This document shows, in pieces, positions 1 through 7,264 of a DNA stretch of 64,000 nucleotides (position 1 is its first letter; each line of letters opens with the position of its first letter). Both the position numbers and the translations under genes were made by a program. The notes under the pieces are model-generated. The model did no database searches. It saw only the letters and a list, made by a program, of their open reading frames with translations, and had not been told where the DNA came from. The stretch is from an uncultured Pseudomonadales bacterium (GTDB lineage: Bacteria; Patescibacteriota; Microgenomatia; UBA1400; PJMF01). Where the stretch lies: NCBI GenBank assembly GCA_964433225.1, contig CAYSQA010000002.1, forward strand, positions 8,642 through 72,641, written 5' to 3'.

Positions 1-218
1 AGAATATATGCGGTCTCATTATGAAGATTGAAAGGCAGCGCATGATTGAGAAAAAAAGCTTGGAGCAAAAAGAAGTTCAAACTCATATAAACCAAGTTTG
101 TCACAAGGAGGATTGCTGATATTTTAAAGACAAAGAGCACCAAACTTTCACGGATAGGCTCGTTGATGTATTGACTCTCAGATTCTTCTGTCTGAGTTTG
201 GATAGTGGGTCTCGTCAT
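1..218 (-). CDS. Partial ORF running off the window start; hypothetical membrane protein (N-terminus MTRPTIQTQTEE...)
   Basis: ATG at 218-216 on the minus strand stays open to position 1. The product has a hydrophobic stretch (FKISAILLVTNLVYMSLNFFLL). It is not in the ORF track because it is truncated. No family recognised. Confidence 0.25.
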   Translation of the reverse strand, partial: MTRPTIQTQTEESESQYINEPIRESLVLFVFKISAILLVTNLVYMSLNFFLLQAFFLNHALPFNLHNETAYI

Positions 219-238
219 ATAATTCTACTTGGTAATTT

Positions 239-430
239 TCAATGATGGGAAGAATTCTTTTTTGTGGTTTGATCATGATCACCATGTCCCAAAAAAAGAT
301 GAATTAAAGGACATGCAAAAATGATAAGTCCAAACACACCCAAACTTTGTACCTGAGGAATAAAAAGGTACGCCAACACAACGATACCCGCTAAAACTAA
401 GCACAGAACTAAGCGATTACCATGTTTCAT
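239..430 (-). CDS. Small two-TM His-rich membrane protein, DUF2933-like
   Basis: 63 aa with two hydrophobic helices, a CPLIHLFLGHGDHDQ motif and a His-rich C-terminus. This resembles the small metal-operon DUF2933 family; the name is from memory. It is the last gene of the copper island. Confidence 0.5.
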   Translation of the reverse strand: MKHGNRLVLCLVLAGIVVLAYLFIPQVQSLGVFGLIIFACPLIHLFLGHGDHDQTTKKNSSHH

Positions 431-501
431 ATGTCCTCCTATCTGTGAACTATATAAAAAGAAACATGAAGCTAGGATGAAATGAGTGTACTAACAAGCT
501 G

Positions 502-2109
502 TTAGATAACTTTAAATTGGCTCATCATTCCCGACTCCATATGCTCAGGAATATGGCAGTGCACCATCCAGTCTCCAGGGTTTGAGATATCAAGTAAAAT
601 ATCAACAGTCTCACCTCTACCAACCAAAACTGTATCTTTCCACACCAAGTTGTCGTTCGGTACTCCGTTTTTTGCCAGTACCAAAAATCTTTGACCATGG
701 AAGTGAATCGGGTGCTGCATCGGATGCATGGAGTTAGGATCATTGAAAATACTGATTTTAACTTTATCTCCCTGTTCAAACTGCCAATCGATATCCATAT
801 TCTCTTTGTTGGTCTGTGAATCAACAAGCTTCCACTTAAGCGTCTTTGTGGTTGACCCTTGATTCATCATGCTCATGGTATCTTCCCATTCAATGGGTCC
901 TTCATCATCGCCCATTTGCATAGCACTGTTACTCATCATCTGCCCATTGCCCATCATGTGCATATCGTGACCACCTCCGCTTGTAGAGCCTTCACTACTA
1001 GAACTGCCCATAACCAACGATAGAGTAATTTTCTTGTCCGGAGTTTTGTCAATAAACGAGCGGTACTGTGCCAGCTCTTGTACCTTGTCATTGTTAACTC
1101 TGGAAACCGGCAGGTAGGAAGTAGTCACAGTGCTAGGTTCAACGGCTATTGTGCCCAATGAATATGATTTATCAGGAGTTTTGTTGGCTATTGTGAAATC
1201 ACCAGACTGCGTAAAGTAGACTTCCACCACATATCGCTCTGAGGGTCCAATAGTGACTGATTCGACCCATTCTTCTTTCTCATATTTGCCGCTATCCCCA
1301 CCAACCAATTTCATACGAGCACTGGGGATAGTGAAGTTAAACACTCTAGTGTTGGCGGCATTAGTGATATAAAACCGTACCCGCTCACCCTGTTTTATAG
1401 GTAGTTTAAAGTCGCTCTCGCCATTTATGAGCATCGTGTTGCCAAACCTCCCCATAAGCGTGTGATTGACGGTCTCTTTATCAAATGAGGCAATCTGTCC
1501 GTTTTCCAGCAGAATATCATCAAGAAATAGTGCTTCTTCACGATCCACCTCAACCCAATAGTCTGGCTGTTCAGGAGTTACGATAAAGTTGCCGTACAAC
1601 CCCAGCTCCTGAGCATAATCCTCACGGATATGCGGGTGGTACCAATACACACCTTCATTAGGGAATTTCAGTTGATAGGTGAAGGATTGACCAGGTTTAA
1701 TAGGTTTCTGGGTAACATCTGGCACTCCATCAAATTTATTATCAACCCTGACTCCGTGTGAGTGGAGGGTAGTGTCAACATCAGTGTTATTGGTAAAGTT
1801 GACGGTTATTTGAGCTCCTTTCGAAACTTTAATCAAAGTCCCAGGGATAGAGCCGTTATACGCCAGCATTTTCACTTCCTGACCGTTGATTGTTTTTTTA
1901 ACAATCTCTGCCGATAAATTATAGGTGTCTCCGTCTTTTAGAGAAACAGTTTCTTGTGGTTTCGCGGCAGGAAGATTTGCAGGTGAAGAAACAAAAGAAC
2001 CACCTTCATTCTTATCCAGTTGTAAAAATTTGTTACTAAAAAATAAAAACACTCCCAAAATTAGGATCACAATCAACACTATTACAGAAAAAAATTGTTT
2101 GCTTTTCAT
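502..2109 (-). CDS. Multicopper oxidase (CueO/PcoA-like cuprous oxidase) with Met-rich insert
   Basis: Multicopper-oxidase copper ligand motifs are present: HSHG, WYHPHIRE, HPIHFHG and HCHIPEHMESGMM. A Met-rich segment follows (GHDMHMMGNGQMMSNSAMQMGDDEG...MSMMNQG). There is an N-terminal TM/signal. Confidence 0.85.
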   Translation of the reverse strand: MKSKQFFSVIVLIVILILGVFLFFSNKFLQLDKNEGGSFVSSPANLPAAKPQETVSLKDGDTYNLSAEIVKKTINGQEVKMLAYNGSIPGTLIKVSKGAQITVNFTNNTDVDTTLHSHGVRVDNKFDGVPDVTQKPIKPGQSFTYQLKFPNEGVYWYHPHIREDYAQELGLYGNFIVTPEQPDYWVEVDREEALFLDDILLENGQIASFDKETVNHTLMGRFGNTMLINGESDFKLPIKQGERVRFYITNAANTRVFNFTIPSARMKLVGGDSGKYEKEEWVESVTIGPSERYVVEVYFTQSGDFTIANKTPDKSYSLGTIAVEPSTVTTSYLPVSRVNNDKVQELAQYRSFIDKTPDKKITLSLVMGSSSSEGSTSGGGHDMHMMGNGQMMSNSAMQMGDDEGPIEWEDTMSMMNQGSTTKTLKWKLVDSQTNKENMDIDWQFEQGDKVKISIFNDPNSMHPMQHPIHFHGQRFLVLAKNGVPNDNLVWKDTVLVGRGETVDILLDISNPGDWMVHCHIPEHMESGMMSQFKVI

Positions 2110-2138
2110 ATATCATTTACAAACTCCCTTTAATTATC

Positions 2139-2771
2139 TCACCTAGCTAGCTTTTCCGGTGATTGGTTTTTATATGTCTCAATATATTTTTGAATTAGTG
2201 CTTTATCAACAGAATCAAGCCGCATCATTTTTCCCCAGGAAGCCACTACAACTTTACTATCGTTTCCTGAGCGAGGAGATACTACTGTGCTTTGCGAGTT
2301 TTGCTTGCCGATCTCTTCCAGAGCTTCAATATCTTCTTCTGAAATATCTTTGTATGAGATCCAAATGCCTCCATGTTCCAGATTGTGAACGCCTGCTTTG
2401 TCATCTATTTCCTCATTATAAATACCCCAATTTTTAGCTGTTGCTAAGTGTCCACCAGAAGTAGGTGGATTTGTTTGGTACTCAACTGCCGTATCGGCTG
2501 CTATGTGATCCCTACCTTCTATTTCAAACTCCTCAACTTTTCCTTCCAAAGTAATGGTTTCTATTTGCTGTTCAAATTCAATCTGCTCGGGAGACTTCTT
2601 GGTCAATTGGATGGATCCAAAAATGCCTGCAATCAAAATAATGACAACCAAACTCCAGTTGCGAGCCTTCTTCAACAATTTTGCTTTCTTCTCTCGTTCC
2701 TTCCGTAGGGTTTTGAGGTTTTTCTTACGCTCATGCTTAGGTAATTGATTCCATTCTTCTGGATAATCCAT
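2139..2771 (-). CDS. Membrane-anchored DUF3105-like protein
   Basis: Lys-rich N-terminus, one TM and a conserved PPTSGGH...HNLEHGG core. This recalls DUF3105; the family name is from memory. Confidence 0.5.
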   Translation of the reverse strand: MDYPEEWNQLPKHERKKNLKTLRKEREKKAKLLKKARNWSLVVIILIAGIFGSIQLTKKSPEQIEFEQQIETITLEGKVEEFEIEGRDHIAADTAVEYQTNPPTSGGHLATAKNWGIYNEEIDDKAGVHNLEHGGIWISYKDISEEDIEALEEIGKQNSQSTVVSPRSGNDSKVVVASWGKMMRLDSVDKALIQKYIETYKNQSPEKLAR

Positions 2772-2829
2772 GGTTTCCTTTCAAATTAGTTCCCAGGTTT
2801 CCTTTCAAATTAGTTCCCATATATACTGT

Positions 2830-3579
2830 TCAAACTGCCAAAATATTCAAATTAAAAAACTGAAGCAACCACATTGATAATAATTCGACCTTACCTAATA
2901 TAAGGAGCGCACCTATCAGTAAAATAACAATTCCCGCAAGTAAATTTAGATATCTACCCAACCTTTTGGTGATCACTAGTTTGCTTGAGATTTTTTCAAA
3001 AAATAAAGCTACAACCAAAAATGGGATACCTAACCCAATGCCGTATGCAAGTAGTAGGCTCATTCCTTGCCAAACTGTTTCGGTTTGAGCTGCCCAAAAT
3101 AAAATTACCGCCAGTACAGGACCAATACATGGAGTCCAGGCAAAACCAAATGTTAAGCCAACAAAAAAAGAATTGAGTTTGCGGAATTTAGTTGGTGATA
3201 CAGATAGTCGTAATTTTCTTTCTTGGTACAAAAAATGAGGTTTGATGATGTTTAACATAAAAAGGCCCATGATAATGAACAAAAAGCCACCTAGTTTCCT
3301 AATAAGAGGCTTATATATCCCCAAAAACCTTCCCAGAGTATTAGTGGTAGCGCCTAGTAAAACAAATACAAAAATAAAGCCAATCGTGAAGATCAAGCCA
3401 TTAATAAATATATCTCGTTTAAAAACTTTCTTGTGCGAATCGTCTATTGTCCTAGAAGTAGCAATGCCAGATAGATAAGCAATATACGTTGGGACCAAGG
3501 GCAGCAAACACGAGGCAAAAAAGGTAATGACACCTCCAATAAAAGCTATTAATAAGTTTACCTGTGAACCGTCAAACAT
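2830..3579 (-). CDS. ccdA: CcdA/DsbD-family thiol-disulfide electron transporter
   Basis: Polytopic membrane protein with the two conserved Cys motifs CLLPLVP and TPCIGPVL typical of CcdA/DsbD transmembrane domains. Confidence 0.8.
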   Translation of the reverse strand: MFDGSQVNLLIAFIGGVITFFASCLLPLVPTYIAYLSGIATSRTIDDSHKKVFKRDIFINGLIFTIGFIFVFVLLGATTNTLGRFLGIYKPLIRKLGGFLFIIMGLFMLNIIKPHFLYQERKLRLSVSPTKFRKLNSFFVGLTFGFAWTPCIGPVLAVILFWAAQTETVWQGMSLLLAYGIGLGIPFLVVALFFEKISSKLVITKRLGRYLNLLAGIVILLIGALLILGKVELLSMWLLQFFNLNILAV

Positions 3580-3647
3580 ATTTTCAATTACCTAATGACC
3601 CACAGGTGATAGGAAGTCTATCACCTGTGCTTCAATTTTTATTCGGA

Positions 3648-4427
3648 CTACAGGTATTTTTCGATAGCCTGTTTTACTTGTTCATATGGTAGGGCTCCTG
3701 GAATCATTTCTTGAACACCATCTTCTGTGACAATAAAGGTGCCAGGAGTGCCGCTTACCCCAGCTGCGCTCCCCTTTGCAAACTGGTCTTTAACTTTTTC
3801 TGCCATTTCATCACTATCTAGACATTTTTGCACAGCATTTTCGTTTGCACCTGCTTCAGCACCAAGTGGAGCCAAGTCTGATAGAGGAAACCCTGTTCCA
3901 TTTGAACTAGTTCTTTCAAAGTAGAGATCTACAAAATTCCAATAGGCTTCATTGCCAGCTAATTTACCAACACATTCCGAAGCTTCAGCGGCTTTTTGTG
4001 CATTTGCATGGAAGCTGAGTGGGTAATGTCGGTAAACCCAAGCCACTTGATCACCATACTCATCCATAACTTGTTGCATGGTGGGATGAAAACGTTGACA
4101 GAAAGGGCACTCAAAGTCTGAATATTCAACTAAAGTGACCTTTGCGTTTTTTGCTCCACGTATGTATTCATCTTTACCAACTTCTGGTAAGTTTCCAAGC
4201 TGATCTGCTGTCGGACCTGATGGGGCAGCAGGTGCAGCGGCCGTAGGAGCGCCACCTGCGTTATTGGTGGTACCAACAGTGTTACCACTTCTCAATATTT
4301 GGTTTTCTGTCCACAGCGAGCCACCAAAAAACCCAACGCCTAAAAATACAAAGCTAAGAGCAACTACTAAAAAATTTTGGTTGAGAAAGTTAAGTAATGC
4401 GCTAAATGAATAATCTGATTGTGACAT
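3648..4427 (-). CDS. Membrane-anchored thioredoxin-fold (DsbA-like) thiol:disulfide oxidoreductase
   Basis: N-terminal TM, Ala/Pro-rich linker and a thioredoxin fold with active site FECPFCQRF (CPFC). Confidence 0.75.
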   Translation of the reverse strand: MSQSDYSFSALLNFLNQNFLVVALSFVFLGVGFFGGSLWTENQILRSGNTVGTTNNAGGAPTAAAPAAPSGPTADQLGNLPEVGKDEYIRGAKNAKVTLVEYSDFECPFCQRFHPTMQQVMDEYGDQVAWVYRHYPLSFHANAQKAAEASECVGKLAGNEAYWNFVDLYFERTSSNGTGFPLSDLAPLGAEAGANENAVQKCLDSDEMAEKVKDQFAKGSAAGVSGTPGTFIVTEDGVQEMIPGALPYEQVKQAIEKYL

Positions 4428-4455
4428 AAGAAAGTTCTCCGATTAGTAATAATCA

Positions 4456-4469
4456 CCTACAACTGTAGG
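4456..4469. promoter_or_regulatory. Inverted repeat CCTACA-AC-TGTAGG (cop-box/bla-operator-like, TACAnnTGTA core) upstream of dsbA-like gene
   Basis: Perfect 6-2-6 inverted repeat in the 59-bp gap between the BlaR1-like stop and the DsbA-like start. A second copy is at 5845-5858. Confidence 0.55.
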
Positions 4470-4486
4470 AGATAAAATGTGTCTTG

Positions 4487-5497
4487 TCAATTAGAAAAAG
4501 TTGAAGTTGAGAAGGAAGCAGACACAAGAGGGGAGAAATTATGAACGCTGTCAGTTTCATATCCTGAGCAACCAGTTGTTTGACAACCAGTTCCCTCACT
4601 ACACACACCTCCAGCCATAGAAGCATAATTTGCTGTTGCTTTATTTGGTTCGACAAAAGCTATTCCCAACATAATCATTATGCTGAGAATGCTTGCCGCA
4701 AGTGGTTTAAGACTGATCCACTCAATATGATGTTTGTCCCCAACCAAAGACTCCACCCGTTTTTCTATTGGTGAAGTTGCAAAATTAGGAACTGCTTTGC
4801 TCGTATACTGTAAATGTAGCGCAAGTGACTCGCACAAATAATGTCTAGTTTTCTGCTTCTCAATCACAAAAGCATCTGCCATTAACTCAAACTCTGTTTG
4901 CAATTGTCGAGCCAAGTAGTCAATCAGGGGTACAAAAAATAACATAGAACTAACCAAGCGAGATATTAGCAACCAAAAAACATGGAAACTTTTCAAGTGA
5001 TACAGCTCATGGAGAATTACTGCCTCTAGTTGTTTTTCTGTGAGCTTGTTCACTAAGGCCTTTGAAACCACTATCTTGGGTTTGAGTAGGCCTACTGTGT
5101 AGGCAACCAACCTAGTATCGTAAATAACTGAAATCATCCCGTCTTCAAGTTGATGCTTTTCGACAATTCGTCCAAGTTTTTTTGGAATATGATCATTTGT
5201 TTTAAGTTGATTCAAACGTCTATGTTCCGATAAAAACATTTTTAGTCGCCATACAGTCATGCTTGTGCCAATAAATGCGATAAGTAATACAAAAGAAGAC
5301 ACCACACCATTGGGATTAAAATGAACGTGTTGATTGATATTCTTTAGAATTTCGCCACAAGTAGTTATAAATAGTTGGGGATGCAGAGTGGCCTTGGTTG
5401 CTATTAGATACGTTCCCAGCACCAAGACCAAGCCAGAAGCTATAGTAAATATCATTGATAAACTAATCTTAATTTTCATTATTTTGTAATTTTTCAA
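4487..5497 (-). CDS. BlaR1/MecR1-like M56 zinc-metalloprotease signal transducer with Cys-rich C-terminal tail (no beta-lactam sensor domain)
   Basis: Four predicted TM segments, an HEXXH motif (ILHELYHLKSFH) in the loop and a short C-terminus, GGVCSEGTGCQTTGCSGYETD. It overlaps the upstream repressor gene. The true start may be an internal Met (MKIKISL). Confidence 0.7.
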   Translation of the reverse strand: MKNYKIMKIKISLSMIFTIASGLVLVLGTYLIATKATLHPQLFITTCGEILKNINQHVHFNPNGVVSSFVLLIAFIGTSMTVWRLKMFLSEHRRLNQLKTNDHIPKKLGRIVEKHQLEDGMISVIYDTRLVAYTVGLLKPKIVVSKALVNKLTEKQLEAVILHELYHLKSFHVFWLLISRLVSSMLFFVPLIDYLARQLQTEFELMADAFVIEKQKTRHYLCESLALHLQYTSKAVPNFATSPIEKRVESLVGDKHHIEWISLKPLAASILSIMIMLGIAFVEPNKATANYASMAGGVCSEGTGCQTTGCSGYETDSVHNFSPLVSASFSTSTFSN

Positions 5498-5879
5498 TTA
5501 ATTTTTGACGAGTTTGGTCAGAAATATTACCTAATCCATCAACAAAAGCGATTAGGGCTTCTTCACCAAATTGATTGGTAAAACTCCCCATAGTCTGGTT
5601 TATTAAAGAAGAAAGAATGCTTTTTTGCTCTACAGCTGGTTTATATATATGCGTTTTGCCTTCCAAACTTCTCTCGAGCAATCTCTTGTCTACCAATCGA
5701 GTCATAATAGTTTGAACAGTATTGTAGGCAATTTTCCGACTTTGAGTTAGGCACTCAAGCACATCCCGAGTGGTGCAGGTTTTCTTTCTCCAAACGAAAC
5801 TCATCACTTCTTGCTCCAGTGGTCCTAGTGAAACATTTCTCATACCTACAAGTGTAGGATTTAACATTAAAAATTTCAA
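5469..5879 (-). CDS. BlaI/MecI/CopY-family winged-helix transcriptional repressor
   Basis: LGPLEQEVMSFVW...TTRDVLECL...IAYNTVQTIMTRLVDKRLLER matches the penicillinase-repressor family. It has no C-terminal CxC...CxC copper site. The likely true start is MRNVSLGP at 5843, directly downstream of the 5845-5858 operator. Confidence 0.8.
   Translation of the reverse strand: MKFLMLNPTLVGMRNVSLGPLEQEVMSFVWRKKTCTTRDVLECLTQSRKIAYNTVQTIMTRLVDKRLLERSLEGKTHIYKPAVEQKSILSSLINQTMGSFTNQFGEEALIAFVDGLGNISDQTRQKLIEKLQNNEN
5845..5858. promoter_or_regulatory. Inverted repeat CCTACA-AG-TGTAGG (cop-box-like) at the 5' end of the BlaI/CopY-like gene
   Basis: Perfect 6-2-6 inverted repeat. It lies 2 nt upstream of the preferred ATG at 5843, or inside the N-terminal extension if 5879 is the start. 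Confidence 0.5.
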
Positions 5880-5892
5880 TCAGAAGAAATCA

Positions 5893-7263
5893 TTACTTAA
5901 CTTCAACTACAGTCATCATTCCTGCTTCAGCATGTTCCAAGGCATGGCAGTGACTCGCCCATACACCCTCATCAAGAGGCATCAAGCCGATATCGACTGT
6001 TTCTTTTGATTTGATAAGTACCGTGTCACGCAAATACGGTTCATCCACTTGCTGACCATTTCGAGCTAACACTTTGAAAAATTGACCATGTAAGTGCATT
6101 GGGTGGAGCCGAGCCGACTCATTTGTAAAGCGGATCACATTATACTCACCTTTTTTTAAGGTAATTGGATCGTAATCAGGGTAGACTTTGTCATTGATTG
6201 TCCATTCGATGCCAAACTGGCCGCCTCTACGGGCATTCAATCGATACTCTTTATCAATAATTCTTTTAGTGTCACTTGTCCAGTCAGGAAATACTGTTGC
6301 TGCTGGTGGTTGGATATCTTTCACCGCGTCAACATTTCCATCAATGGTGATTGTGGCTAGTGTGTTAGATTGACGAGTGAATGTATCCCGTATTACATAC
6401 GGTTTTGAGCGTGAAAGTTGGGGAACAAAAACATCAACATCAATTCGATTACCCGGAGCTAGTTCAAATCCCTGAGCTGTAAAAGGCTCTTTTGCCAGCA
6501 TGCCATCAACGGCAAAGCCCTGTACTTCCAAATCTCCAAAATCAAGCTTGTAAACGCGAGCGTTCGATGTGTTTACTAATCTCAGTCTTAATCTCTCGCC
6601 AGCTTTTGCTTGTAATTCATAGTTTAGTTGTCCATTTACCGTAATAACATTACCCCAACGTCCATCATGCATCAAATCATGACCTGTATTGAATCGTTCG
6701 TCTAGTTGACCATTTTCAGTCAGCCGCCAATCATCAAGCACTAAGACTTGATCTTGGTCATAAGTAGGCTCTTTCGAATCTTCAACCACAATCACTCCAT
6801 ACAACCCACGTTCTACCTGCTCACTACCTCGCACATGAGGGTGGTACCAAAAGGTCCCCGCATCTTTGGGAGTGAACTCATACGTAAATTGTTCTCCTGG
6901 TTGAATTGGTTCCTGAGTTACACCTGGCACTCCATCCATAGCATTAGGAACCCTGATGCCGTGAAAATGGATTGTCGTGGGCTGGAGCAAATTGTTGGTA
7001 AAATTTATTTTGAGTGTCTCACCTTTGGTAATTCGAATTTCTGGTCCAGGTACTTGATCGTTGTAACTCCATACATTGAAAGAGGAGTTTTGCCCAAGTG
7101 AAATAGTAGTTTTTTGCGCTATTAGGTCAACTTCTTTTATTTCCCCAGTAGCTTGAATTGATTCGGGATATGGTAACTTGGAGTTGAGTGGCGACCAAAA
7201 ACGCAGTCCCACCAGAATGGCAGCAAAGACCAAGCTAATGAAAAAATATTTCCTGTTCGCCAT
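5893..7263 (-). CDS. Multicopper oxidase (second paralog, no Met-rich insert)
   Basis: HFHG, WYHPHVRG, HPMHLHG and HCHALEHAEAGMM motifs. The start was chosen at MANRKYFF (ATG 7263-7261), preceded by GGAGG and 1 nt after the copB TAG stop. The ORF-track start at 7308 is an upstream extension. Confidence 0.85.
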   Translation of the reverse strand: MANRKYFFISLVFAAILVGLRFWSPLNSKLPYPESIQATGEIKEVDLIAQKTTISLGQNSSFNVWSYNDQVPGPEIRITKGETLKINFTNNLLQPTTIHFHGIRVPNAMDGVPGVTQEPIQPGEQFTYEFTPKDAGTFWYHPHVRGSEQVERGLYGVIVVEDSKEPTYDQDQVLVLDDWRLTENGQLDERFNTGHDLMHDGRWGNVITVNGQLNYELQAKAGERLRLRLVNTSNARVYKLDFGDLEVQGFAVDGMLAKEPFTAQGFELAPGNRIDVDVFVPQLSRSKPYVIRDTFTRQSNTLATITIDGNVDAVKDIQPPAATVFPDWTSDTKRIIDKEYRLNARRGGQFGIEWTINDKVYPDYDPITLKKGEYNVIRFTNESARLHPMHLHGQFFKVLARNGQQVDEPYLRDTVLIKSKETVDIGLMPLDEGVWASHCHALEHAEAGMMTVVEVK

Positions 7264-7264
7264 A

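Noticed and set aside
525-827. 100-aa minus-strand ORF overlapping the multicopper oxidase in another frame. Similar nested ORFs are 1925-2146, 2159-2437, 2448-2748, 7506-7826, 8595-8798, 61125-61328 and 61860-62387.
   Set aside because: Each lies entirely inside a longer, clearly homologous gene, in another frame or antisense, with low-complexity translations. They are spurious.
4453-4656. 67-aa ORF spanning the BlaR1-like gene end and the intergenic gap.
   Set aside because: It overlaps the C-terminus of the M56 protease gene out of frame. The gap is better explained by the CCTACA-AC-TGTAGG operator.
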